Below are positions 13,496 to 25,649 of a DNA stretch of 64,000 nucleotides, piece by piece. How positions within the stretch are numbered: position 1 is the first letter of the stretch; each line of letters starts with the position of its first letter. Under the pieces are notes generated by a model, which saw only the letters and a program-made list of their open reading frames with translations, searched no databases and had not been told where the DNA came from. The position numbers and the translations under genes were made by a program. Source of the stretch: Octopus vulgaris (Eukaryota). The stretch lies in the NCBI GenBank assembly GCA_951406725.2, contig OX597835.1:40114001-40178000 (forward strand), given 5' to 3'.

Positions 13496-13715
13496 CCCTT
13501 TTGTTACTAACCCAGCCAAAACCGGCTCTGGCTTTGTGGTAAAATGTCTTGTTTGCATAAGTTTTGAATAAAAATATTCCACCAAGCCTTAGTCACAATT
13601 TACATTCCTAACACTAGCTGAATGATAACTAAGTTATTTTACTAAATTCTTTGTTATATTTAAAATAATTGAAAGAAACACAGAACATCTCAAAATAAAT
13701 ACAGTAACGAAAGGG
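13496..13715. mobile_element. piggyBac-type MITE (family B)
   Basis: TTAA|CCCTTTTGTTACT...AGTAACGAAAGGG|TTAA. Confidence 0.75.
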
Positions 13716-14849
13716 TTAATATAAATATTGGTTCCAAATTTTGGCACAAGGCCAGCAAATTCAGGGAATGGGACAAGTTGATTATATTGACCCCCAATAC
13801 TCAACTGGTACTTATTTTTATCGACCCCCAAAAGGATAAAAAGCAAAGTTGGCCTCAGCAGCATTTGAGCTCAGAACATAGAGACAGACGAAATGCTGCC
13901 AAGCATTTTATACAGAATGCTAACAACTCTGTTAGCTCACCGCCTTTAAAGAAAGCAACTAAGGTAGTAAGCTGGCAGAATCATTAGCACACTAGACAAA
14001 AGGCTTAGCAGCATTTCAGCCGTCCTGAATGTGACGTTCAAATGCTGACATTCAGAGTTCAAATGCCGCCAAGGTGAACTTGGTTTTTCATACTTTCAGA
14101 AGAGGCGGGGTCAACAAAATAAATACCAATAGAGTACTAGGTGTCGTTGTAATCGACTAACTGCCACCTGCTAGAAATGCAGGCTTTGTGCCAAAATTTT
14201 AGATCAGTATTTAACCTTTTAGTATCCAGATTACTCTGTCAAATGTAAAGGGTAAAGGCCCTCTTCCGTCATGAATGACCCATGGGATTGCACCAGAAAG
14301 TTCCCCCTCCAAGGTACAAGTCCAGGCAAGGTTTTTATGGAAGACCAGCAGTCGTCCATGCATATCAGCCTCCCCTCTCCATGCCACTGATGTTATCAAA
14401 GGGAAAGCAAAAGGGCCAATACAGCTTGGCACCAGTGATGTTGCAACTCATTTTTACAGCTGAGTGAACTGGAGGGACATGAAATAAAGTGTCTTGCTCA
14501 AGAACACAACACACAGCCCAGTCTGGGAACTGAACACTTGATTGTGAACCCAACGCTCTCACTACTGAGCTATGCATCGTCTCTGTCAAATGTAAAGCTT
14601 ATTTATTCACATTGTCTTGAATTAATCATGCATCATCTCATAGCTTCAAGATTTCCATGATGTGATTATTTTTATAATGACATTGTAGGGTAGGTGTGAG
14701 AAGTCATATCTGGCTAGTTTGAACATAAAACAGATGGACTATTTGGGCTACATCAGGCAGGTTTACATGGTAAAAAATTAAAGCAAATTTGCATATAAGG
14801 GTAATTTTTTGAGACACATTTTTGGGGACAAAATACAGTATCTTACAAA

Positions 14850-15195
14850 CCGATCTCATTCTTGCTCACATCATAAGCAGAAAGTGTAACCTCTCGAAAG
14901 AGCTGTTTTTCACTCCTGCTCCAGAGCGTCGGCTGCGGGGTCACTCCGAAAAGCTCTATCTTCAACGATTTCATCTCAATCGAAGGAGAGCGGCTTTCTC
15001 CATCCGGGTTGCGGATCCGTGGAATAAGCTGCTGGACGAGATAGTGAAGATGCTGACAACCGCTCGGTTAAAACTCTCTCTTGACCAGAAATGGCCTGAA
15101 CTCTTTGCATGAACACCACCCTGTACATAACTCCATGTCCCCCTACATGGCCTTGCTTTTTGCTTTTTGAGCCAAAAAATTAACTTAACTTAACT
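14850..15195 (+). mobile_element. CR1-type LINE 3' end
   Basis: FFTPAPERRLRGHSEKLYLQRFHLNRRRAAFSIRVADPWNKL matches the CR1 ORF2 C-terminal RGH..KL...FS.RV...WN.L pattern; short UTR ending in (taact)n. Confidence 0.8.
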
Positions 15196-15667
15196 TTCAA
15201 AACAATTGACTTGTGTGACACAGACTACTTACAAACACACACATGCACATGTGCACGTACCTAGGTGGACCACCCTAAAATAAAATACATTATCAGAACT
15301 ACACTTGAAACTAAGCTTATTAAGTACCCATCTAAGACAATACAAAGAAGTCTGCCAAAACGGTAACATAAACTTTGACCCAATTAAACAGAATCCTGAC
15401 TCTGACCAGTAACTGATGTGAAGCCGAGGTCAACCACACAAGTTTACGAACAGATCAGATTCAAAACAACCTCCCCACACCACTGCCACCACACAAACCC
15501 TAACCAATAAACAACTAACTGTATTCAGTTCTCTTCAAGCCAAGCTTGTTGGAATACTCCAAGCGAAGCTACAGAGAATACTATGTCCAGTTGCATAGGC
15601 AACTGCCCATACTGTGTGCAATGGAAACACATGTAGGCTATTGTAACCATAGAAATATGCTGTATGG

Positions 15668-16308
15668 CAGTGGTTCCCAAACTTTTTAGAGTCGCAACCC
15701 ACTATTTATCACACCAGTTTATGACGACCCAATTAACTCTATTGAGTAAAAACATTAATGAAATTAACAAATCTATTTCAGATTACATCTTCAGTGAGGC
15801 CTGTGAGAAGGATGAGCCTCCTGGTGATCCCTTCTATACTTTTTAAAGAATTTATAAACTTACTAGTGAAATCCATAATGTCTTCTTTATTTAATTTTTT
15901 TGCTATTAATATTAAATTTGAAACAAAACGTTTTATAACTGTTTTCAACATCTCTATACCCTATGTGTAAATACTAACACTAATACAAAACCTTGAAGTA
16001 GTACCTGTTATCAGCTCAATCAGTATTATACTTCACCTAGTTAAAGTTCTCTGTAAATAGGTAAAAACAGACCTTTCCTTTTTACGATTACGTACGAATA
16101 AATAACTTGAGAAAATAACAACCTCTGATTTGTTGAGTTCGTGAAAAAGCTTACTGCTTGATAAAACAACAAGTCTGGTATTGAAAACATAAGTCTTGAA
16201 CTATCTCGATAGGCAGCAGGTAACCAAAGCTAATGCGTAATTTAATAACTTTTTGCGACCCACTAAGATTCCATTCGCGACCCATCTGTGGGTCGTGGGG
16301 AACCACTG
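15668..16308. mobile_element. Non-autonomous hAT element
   Basis: CAGTGGTTCCC...GGGAACCACTG TIRs with perfect 8-bp TSD ctgtatgg. Confidence 0.9.
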
Positions 16309-16394
16309 CTGTATGGTATTGTAAAATAGAAGGAAATAAATATTTGGGGATGTACCCGTCTCTATATTCTCTATTGTTATAATTATTGCTTATA

Positions 16395-17443
16395 TTAGGT
16401 TGTCTCATATGGAATGTATTTTAAATGGGTTTCTTATGAGTCATCTATAAATGGATTTTTAATGAGTTTCTATGTACATGTTTGCGTTTACTCTTAACTC
16501 TTTTGTCTTTCTAGACAATGCTTTTGTTCAAAATTGCTACCCACAGCTCTTAAGACAATGTTGACAACTGAACAATACCGAGTGATTTTCTTGTACGAAT
16601 ACAAGTTGGGTCACTCTGCCACCGAAGCTCTACGAAACATCAAGTGGGCTTTTGGTAAAGGTTCTGTTGATATTAGAACTGTTTAGAGTTGGTTCCAAAG
16701 ATTTTGTTCAGGAAATGAAAGCCTCAAAAATGAACCCAGAGGGAGACCAAAATCAGTTATTCAGCATGATGAATTGAATGCTTTGGTTAAACAAAATCTG
16801 AGAACAATGGTCCAAAAAATTGGATCAGAGCTCCAGACATCTCCTGAAACTGCTTCTCGACACTTGAAGAACATTGGAAAAGTCAAAAAGATGGCTAGGT
16901 TTGATCCCTATCAACTTAATGAGATTCAAAGAAACAGACGCCTTACAGTATGTTCCATGTTGATTTCTCAGTTGGAAAGAGAACCGTTTTTGTATCGACT
17001 CATTACGTGTAATGAGAAATGGATATCATTACGTGTGATGAGAAATGGATACTCTTTGATAACAGCAGGTGGACAGGACAGTGGTTGGATGCAGGAGAGT
17101 CACCAAAACACTACCCAAAACTACCATTGCACCCTAAAAAGTTGATGGTCACTGTATGGTGGTCAACAAAGGGGGTTATTCATTATTCATTTTAGCAACA
17201 AGGAAAAACTAACAGCAACATCCTTTTGTCAGGAAATTGATGGTATGCATGAAAAATTAAAAAAGAAAAGCAACCCAGATTAATGAATAGAGATGGCCCA
17301 ATTTTGCTTCATGATAATGCACGGCTTCCTTACACTTCTCAAGCTTCGGTCCACAAGTTGCAAACCTGAATTATAAAATTTTGGCATATCCCCCCTTATT
17401 CTCCTGATATCTCTCCTACTGATTATCACATGTTTAAACACTT
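16395..17443 (+). mobile_element. mariner (DD34D) transposon relic, 3'-truncated
   Basis: TA|TTAGGTTG start; decayed ORF from 16558 (YRVIFLYEYKLGHSA...RGRP...ITCDEKW...LLHDNA...PYSPDISPTDYHMF); 26-bp tandem duplication at the TCDEKW motif. Confidence 0.9.
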
Positions 17444-18560
17444 TGAGATCATGTGGGAAGATAAATGGAGGCATAACATCACCATTTCCAAACACTAGAG
17501 ATCACTCCAAACACTATCATGTTGAGTGGATGTCATATTTTTATCACGGTCAGTACAGATTTTGGGGACACAGCAAGTCAATGGCTGTTCTGTGTGTTCA
17601 CCATCTGATCCTGGAAGAGATTTTTCTTGTCTGAGACAAACCAAAGCATGTTCGGTTGGAAGGGATGCTTGAGTTTGTTCAAAAGCTTCATAGCGCTGTC
17701 TTTCCTCTTGCCCTTGACGGCTTGGGATAGAAATCAGCCCTTTCTCGTCTTGTATGAGGAATACCAAATGTCTTCATGCACTACCTGCCTGATAAGAAAC
17801 TCAGACACTCCCATGTCCCTGGTGATGGACCTGATTGACTTGGAGGGATCGTTGTCAATCAAGGCCCGGATCTCACCGGGGCACTGCCTTGAACGGTATA
17901 GTCCAGTGCTTCTCAACCATTTTACACCTATGAACCCCTTTCATTCCTATTTTACATGGGTGGACCCTCAGAGCCATTCCATGTTTTAAAGATCTTGTAT
18001 TTTTATAATTAAATATTCTTTTCTACTACAGGCACAAGGCCTGAAATTTGTGGCGAGGGAATAAGCCGATTACACTGACCCCAGTATTTGACTGGCACTT
18101 AATTTATCAACCCCAAAAGAATGAATGACAAAGTCGACCTCGGTGGAATTTGAACTCGGACCATAAAGACAAGTGAAATACTGCTAAGCATTTCGCCCAG
18201 CCTGGATCTCACCAACAAATTCAGGAGTTCTTTTCTTATCAGAACAGAGTGAGTTTTCCAAGCTGCCATTCCTTCGTAATCACCATTAGACTCATCCAAC
18301 TCTTTCCAAATCCTCTGCAGTTCTCAGATTGATACCCAAACACACTGAAATGTTCATATTGGAGCTTCCAGCACAAATGCCAAGCAGTGCAATATGTTGT
18401 TTCCAAATTTCTGGCAAAGTGAATTGCGTCATGGTACTGTTTTTCTCACAGACTGTGCCCAACTGGCCCTACCATACTGTGTAGTCAACAAAATCCAAAA
18501 CAATGTGCATGCATGAAATTACAAATATAAAATGGCAATATATTCATCGCATCCTCTCTG
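17444..18560 (-). mobile_element. maT (DD37D)-type transposon relic, 3'-truncated and interrupted at 17878-18200
   Basis: Minus-strand pieces KELDESNGDYEG, IDNDPSKSIRSITRDMGVSEFLIRQVVHEDI, SDKKNFFQDQ-like and GDVMPPFIFPH. Confidence 0.85.
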
Positions 18561-18822
18561 TGTGTATGTGTATGTTATATATATGTATATTCGCCAGGGA
18601 GATAATATGGTCTTGCTAAATTATCTATTAAAAGATAGCAAACGATATTATTCTGCTTAAGTAATCCGAAACCATGGTATAACCGTTATATAACAAGGTA
18701 AAGGTTTTTATTTTTCATTTACTTCAAAATTTGCTATAAAATTGTGGTTTTTTAGCCGTGTTGGCTGCTATTTCTAGCATGTAAAATTGCCTGTTAAAGG
18801 GTAATTTTCTATTTTGAAATAC

Positions 18823-18885
<63 letters not shown>

Positions 18886-18958
18886 CACTATTTCCACGAC
18901 CAGCAGAAACTGTCCAGAGACCACTGTGAATGGTTTATCGAAGAACAGATCAACTCAC

Positions 18959-19054
18959 CTGTTAAAACATTTTTAGCTGAAGCATGAGCCAGGTCAAGAG
19001 GAGTCTTGCCATCTGTGTTTCTGATACTAGGGTCAGCACCATGTTGAAGTAATA
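18959..19054 (-). CDS. TNKS: Tankyrase internal coding exon; 96 bp, phase 1-1 (not in ORF track)
   Basis: Minus strand ttttctctttccag|TA TTA CTT CAA CAT GGT GCT GAC... = (V)[31 protein letters not shown], ending G|gtgagt. Continues the previous exon in frame. Confidence 0.96.
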
Positions 19055-19262
19055 CTGGAAAGAGAAAATAGGAACATATTAGATTTTACCTTTTATCAAA
19101 CAGGACACAAAAACTCTCACAACATCATGGTGCCAGGTAAAAAGCACCCGTTTCGGTGCCACATACAAAGTTCCTGTACCGGTGCTATGTAAAAGGCAGC
19201 CATGCTGGTGCCATGTATAAAGCACCCAGTCAATTCTGTAAAGTGGTTGGTATTAGGAAGGG

Positions 19263-19731
19263 TGCAAAGGAACTGTCTGGAACAGGTTGGGTCTTTTGCA
19301 CTGTTTGGGTGCAACACAATTTCCTTCTTTGTTTCCAAAAACTTCCGGCGTCAGGAACAAGGAAGCAACCTTAGAAAATATGACACTTTATTTCGTTATT
19401 TACATAAAGAAGGCACGTTGGTAAATTGGTAACCACTTGGTGTAGGTACAGCAAGACTGAAGTTAAACATTTGTAAAGATAAACCTCACAAAAACTCCAG
19501 CAGCAACAGAGCCGGTCAAATCCCAAGCATCTGGGAGAGGAGAATAGGCTGATAACACGTTAAACACGTCTTCTCTCTTCAATAGCCGTGTCTCAAGTCA
19601 CCGATGCTAACAAGGAACGCGATAGAATATTTTCCCCCCAGTTTTTAGCGCATGTGCATGAGGGAACTTCCTTAGGCCTTTCCAGAAGGTTCCAACCCCG
19701 CACACGTGCACTGAAGAATGACGTCACTACA
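19263..19731 (-). mobile_element. Solo LTR (probably Gypsy-type), 469 bp
   Basis: TG...CA termini with 4-bp TSD AGGG, cleanly splitting the RTE-tail motif ggaaggg|catcc. AATAAA on the minus strand at 19387-19392. Confidence 0.75.
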
Positions 19732-20425
19732 AGGGCATCCATCCATAGAAAACTATACCAAAACAAATAACTGGAGCCTGGTACAGCTCTCCGGCCACAG
19801 CCAGCCCCTGTCAAACTGTCCAACTCATGGCAAATGGATGTTGATGATGATGATGTCGATCTACCACAACATGAAGCTGTTCTAACAATTTCCCTTCAAC
19901 CCTTCTCTCGTTTTGTTGTTGTTGTTGTTTAGTTCCATGTCTGCCTTGATCCAGCAGACTATGATCAAATATATTCCAAACAGGAACACCCTAACATCTT
20001 TCTTATGAAATTAAATGAATGACAAAGGAACAGGAAATTATGCAATGAACTTCATTAGCTCACAGGTGTTTCTGCTGTAAGATGCAGTGCACTCAGAGCT
20101 GAGTGCATGTGCATTACTAAAGCTTCCATGAAGCTTCAAAAATCTGTACTTGAATAACATTTTATTCTGAAGCCTATGTATACTGAGTTCTAACACCGGA
20201 ATATTAGTATCGCTATGCCCAGGGAAATATATATATATATATATAGTCCAACCCATGCTAGCATGGAGAACGGACGTTAAACGACGATGATGATATATTG
20301 GTAAAACGGTAAGATAACAAAAGAAAGAAAGAGACCTCAATAATATGTAAATAGAGGAAATTTATCTATACAATAATGTTACATTACTATCGAGTAATGT
20401 AACATATTATTGTATAGATATATAT

Positions 20426-20822
20426 ACTCTTTTACTCTTTTACTTGTTTCAGTCATTTGACTGCGGCCATGCTGGAGCACCGCCTTTAGTCGAGCAAATC
20501 GACCCCGGGACTTATTCTTTGTAAGCCCAGTACTTATTCTATCGGTCTCTTTTGCCGAACCGCTAAGTGACGGGGACGTAAACACACCAGCATCGGTTGT
20601 CAAGCAATGCTAGGGGGACAAACACAGACACACATACATACATATATATATACATATATCGACAGGCTTCTTTCAGTTTCCGTCTACCAAATCCACTCAC
20701 AAGGCATTGGTCGGCCCGGGGCTATAGCAGAAGACACTTGCCCAAGATGCCACGCAGTGGGACTGAACCCGGAACCATGTGGTTGGTTAGCAAGCTACTT
20801 ACCACACAGCCACTCCTGCGTA
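20426..20822 (-). mobile_element. SINE family 1
   Basis: Complete reverse copy. Confidence 0.9.
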
Positions 20823-21044
20823 TATATATATATATATATATTGACCTGGTGCAGCCTTCGGGCTCCTCAGACCCCAGTTGAACCGTCCAACCCATGCTAG
20901 CATGGAAAGCGGACGTTAAATGATGATGATGATGATGATGATGATAGTTAATCCAAACACGAAAGCACAAAAAAACGCAACAACACGAGGACGTGGAACA
21001 AATATAGTATTATTGGACGCTCAGGAAAGAAGGAAAGAAGGAGG

Positions 21045-21079
21045 GTTTAACGTTTCGAGCGGAGCTCTTCGTCGGAAAC
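21045..21079 (-). ncRNA. Minimal type I hammerhead ribozyme motif (U4C variant) in Penelope-like repeat 20945-21170
   Basis: Minus: GTTT CCGACGA A GAGC TCC GCTC GAA AC GTT AAAC; palindromic ACGT stem III. Confidence 0.55.
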
Positions 21080-21171
21080 ATAGGAGAAGGAAAGATCCAG
21101 AGAATGGAAGACAGAGGAAAAAAAAAAAAATCACCAACAGTACACATGTGGTCACATTTTGAATGACCGGA

Positions 21172-21213
<42 letters not shown>

Positions 21214-21617
21214 GTCTAGACTTCAATATGAATTTTATGGCTTTTTTCAAGATAGTAGGGTGAGATATGTTCCAACATAACCATCCCATCTTATACATCC
21301 TGTTTTTCAAGTTCATTGTAAAGCAGAATATACATACATACCTGCTAGTGATCACACAATACCAGATTTGTATAATACCAAAATAAACACTATATACACT
21401 GTAAGATAACAAAACTTCTAATTAGTCACAAGATATTGTAGCTAAATCTCTCTCAATATACGTTCTGCCTTCTTAAAAAGATGGAAGGACATATCAATTA
21501 ATGAAGTCCTAAAACTGTACCAGATATTTTCTGAGCTCGTTTTTTTTAAAGTTCTGTGTGACTGTAACAGGAGTGTGTGTTATGTCAGCTATACTGTGTG
21601 ATTCTGTTAGGTATATA

Positions 21618-21841
21618 CGAGGGGGTGCTAAAAAGTTCCTGGCTTTAAAGGTATTGTGAAAGGCCTGGTTGGAGGCCCAACCTTCTGAGTTCTTTTACAG
21701 GGACTTAGGAAAACTGAAGGACCGCTGCAATAAGTGTGTGAATCTCAGAGGGGAATATGTTGAACAAAATCATAATTAACTGAACCTCCTGTATTTTCTT
21801 TTACCCAAAGCTAAGAACTTTTCAGTACCCCCCACCCCCCG
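21618..21841. mobile_element. mariner-derived MITE
   Basis: TA|CGAGGGGGTGCTAAAAAGTTC...GAACTTTTCAGTACCCCC...CG|TA; internal remnant of a transposase C-terminus on the plus strand. Confidence 0.75.
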
Positions 21842-22156
21842 TATGCTCTGACATTCTTTTAGGTCACTGTGACAGTAAGAGGTCTTCATGTTATAGGAAA
21901 AGAAAAGAGTGTGATAGTAGGCAATAGGCCCTCACATGTTTAATAACCGAAAAGCATTTAATAAACTGCATTTATCTTTTATTTGTTTCAGGCATCTGAC
22001 TGCGGCCATGCTGGGGCACTGCCTTGAACGGTTTAGTCCAGTGCTTTTCAACCATTTTACACCTATGAACCCCTTTCATTCCTATTTTACATGGGTGGAC
22101 CTTCAGAGCCATTCCATGTTTTAAAAATCTTGTATTTTTATAATTAAATATTCTTA

Positions 22157-22563
22157 TAGGTGCAGGAGTGGCTGTGTGGTAAGTAGCTTGTTTACCAACC
22201 ACATGGTTCCAGGTTCTGTCCTACTGTGTGGCACCTTGGGCAAGTGTCTTCTACTATAGCCTCGGGCCGACCAAAGCCTTGAGTGGATTTGGTAGATAGA
22301 AACTGAAAGAAGCCTGTCATATATATGTATATATATATACATGCGTGTGTGTTTGTGTGTCTGTGTTTGTCGCCCTAGCATTACTTGACAACCGATACTG
22401 GTGTGTTTGTGTCTCCGTTACTTAGCGGTTCGGCAAAAAAGACCGATAGAATAAGTACTGGGCTTACAAAAGAATAAGTCCCGGGGTCGAGTTGCTCGAT
22501 TAAAGGTGGTGCTCCAGCATGGCTGCAGTCAAATGACTGAAACAAGTAAAAGAGAAAAAGAGA
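22157..22563 (+). mobile_element. SINE family 1
   Basis: Complete copy; absent from the duplicate of this locus at 17878-18200. Confidence 0.9.
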
Positions 22564-23373
22564 ATTTTCTACTACAGGCACAAGGCCTGAAATTTGTGGC
22601 GAGGGGGTAAGCCGATCACATTGACCCCAGTATTTGACTGGCACTTAATTTATCAACCCCAAAAGAATGAACGACAAAGTCGACCTCAGTGGAATTTGAA
22701 CTCAGACCATAAAGACAAGCAAAATACTGCTAAGCATTTCACCCAGCATTCTAATGACTGTCCCAGCTCACCACCTTACAATTAAATATTATTACGAATT
22801 GTATATAACGTTGTTAAAATATTTTGTATATAGCAGAAATACAAATCAATTTATTGTAGATAAATTTTAACAAAATCATCATCATCATCATCATCATCAT
22901 CGTTTAACGTCCGCTTTACATGCTAGCATGGGTTGGACGATTTTGACTGAGGGCTGACGAGCCAGATGGCTGCACGAGGCTCCAATTTTGATCTGGCAGA
23001 GTTTCTACAGCTGGATGCCCTTCCTAACGCCAACCACTCCGAGAGTGTAGTGGGTGCTTTTTACGTGCCACCAGGACAGGGGCCAGTCAAGCGACGTTGG
23101 TAACAATCACGCTCGAATGGTGCCCTTTTACGTGCCACGGGTACGGAAGCCAGTTGGCTGCCACTCTGGGTAAGAACCACTGTTGGTCCCTTTTATCAAA
23201 TCATAAAGTTACAAGGATGTAAACAAACCAACATTATACACACACACATTATACACACAAACACATTATACACACACACAAACACATACACACAGCAGAT
23301 TACCACACAGTATCTATCTAGCAAATTTACTAACAAGGTATTAGTTAACCCAGAGCTATATTAGAAAACACTT

Positions 23374-25649
23374 GCCTAACGTGCCATACAGTGGGACTGA
23401 ACCCGAAACCACAGGGTTGCAGAACAGGTATCTTAACTACAGAGCCATGCCTGTACATATACTGTTGTGCCTAATGTGCCATACAGTGGGACTGAACCCG
23501 AAACCACAGGGTTGCAGAACAGGTATCTTAACTACAGAGCCATGCCTGTACATATACTGTTGTGCCTAACGTGCCATAAAGTGGGACTGAACCCAAAACC
23601 ACAGGGTTGCAAAACAGGCATCTCAACTACAGAGCCATGCCTGTACATATACTGTTGTGCCTAACGTGCCATAAAGTGGGACTGAACCCAAAACCACAGG
23701 GTTGCAAAACAGGCATCTTAACTACAGAGCCATGCCTGTACATATACTGTTGTGCCTAACGTGCCATAAAGTGGGACTGAACCCAAAACCACAGGGTTGC
23801 AAAACAGGCATCTTAACTACAGAGCCATGCCTGTACATATACTGTTGTGCCTAACGTGCCATAAAGTGGGACTGAACCCAAAACCACAGGGTTGCAAAAC
23901 AGGCATCTCAACTACAGAGCCATGCCTGTACATATACTGTTGTGCCTAACGTGCCATAAAGTGGGACTGAACCCGAAACCACAGGGTTGCAGAACAGGCA
24001 TCTTAACTACAGAGCCATGCCTGTACATATACTGTTGTGCCTAACGTGCCATAAAGTGGGACTGAACCCAAAACCACAGGGTTGCAAAACAGGCATCTCA
24101 ACTACAGAGCCATGCCTGTACATATACTGTTGTGCCTAACGTGCCATAAAGTGGGACTGAACCCAAAACCACAGGGTTGCAAAACAGGCATCTTAACTAC
24201 AGAGCCATGCCTGTACATATACTGTTGTGCCTAACGTGCCATAAAGTGGGACTGAACCCAAAACCACAGGGTTGCAAAACAGGCATCTTAACTACAGAGC
24301 CATGCCTGTACATATACTGTTGTGCCTAACGTGCCATACAGTGGGACTGAACCCGAAACCACAGGGTTGCAGAACAGGCATCTTAACTACAGAGCCATGC
24401 CTGTACATATACTGTTGTGCCTAATGTGCCATACAGTGGGACTGAACCCGAAACCACAGGGTTGCAGAACAGGTATCTTAACTACAGAGCCATGCCTGTA
24501 CATATACTGTTGTGCCTAACGTACCATAAAGTGGGACTGAACCCAAAACCACAGGGTTGCAGAACAGGTATCTTAACTACAGAGCCATGCCTGTACATAT
24601 ACTGTTGTGCCTAATGTGCCATACAGTGGGACTGAACCCGAAACCACAGGGTTGCAGAACAGGTATCTTAACTACAGAGCCATGCCTGTACATATACTGT
24701 TGTGCCTAACGTGCCATAAAGTGGGACTGAACCCAAAACCACAGGGTTGCAAAACAGGCATCTCAACTACAGAGCCATGCCTGTACATATACTGTTGTGC
24801 CTAACGTGCCATAAAGTGGGACTGAACCCAAAACCACAGGGTTGCAAAACAGGCATCTTAACTACAGAGCCATGCCTGTACATATACTGTTGTGCCTAAC
24901 GTGCCATAAAGTGGGACTGAACCCAAAACCACAGGGTTGCAAAACAGGCATCTTAACTACAGAGCCATGCCTGTACATATACTGTTGTGCCTAACGAGCC
25001 ATAAAGTGGGACTGAACCCAAAACCACAGGGTTGCAAAACAGGCATCTCAACTACAGAGCCATGCCTGTACATATACTGTTGTGCCTAACGTGCCATAAA
25101 GTGGGACTGAACCCGAAACCACAGGGTTGCAGAACAGGCATCTTAACTACAGAGCCATGCCTGTACATATACTGTTGTGCCTAACGTGCCATAAAGTGGG
25201 ACTGAACCCAAAACCACAGGGTTGCAAAACAGGCATCTCAACTACAGAGCCATGCCTGTACATATACTGTTGTGCCTAACGTGCCATAAAGTGGGACTGA
25301 ACCCAAAACCACAGGGTTGCAAAACAGGCATCTTAACTACAGAGCCATGCCTGTACATATACTGTTGTGCCTAACGTGCCATAAAGTGGGACTGAACCCA
25401 AAACCACAGGGTTGCAAAACAGGCATCTTAACTACAGAGCCATGCCTGTACATATACTGTTGTGCCTAACGTGCCATACAGTGGGACTGAACCCGAAACC
25501 ACAGGGTTGCAGAACAGGTATCTTAACTACAGAGCCATGCCTGTACATATACTGTTGTGCCTAACGTGCCATAAAGTGGGACTGAACCCGAAACCACAGG
25601 GTTGCAGAACAGGCATCTTAACTACAGAGCCATGCCTGTACATATACTG
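23374..25649 (-). repeat. Tandem array, 24 x 95 bp, derived from the tRNA-like head of a family-1 SINE
   Basis: Unit gcctaacgtgccata(c/a)agtgggactgaaccc(g/a)aaaccacagggttgca(g/a)aacagg(t/c)atct(t/c)aactacagagccatgcctgtacatatactgttgt, exact 95-bp period; remainder of parent SINE at about 23205-23373. Confidence 0.97.

Noticed and set aside
23374-25649. CRISPR array or repeat-encoded 65-aa peptides
   Set aside because: Units are contiguous with no unique spacers, no cas genes, eukaryotic context; ORFs are by-products of the SINE-derived unit.
23374-25649. Tandem tRNA gene cluster
   Set aside because: D and anticodon arms do not pair, B box lacks GTTCGA, and the unit is colinear with the SINE head.
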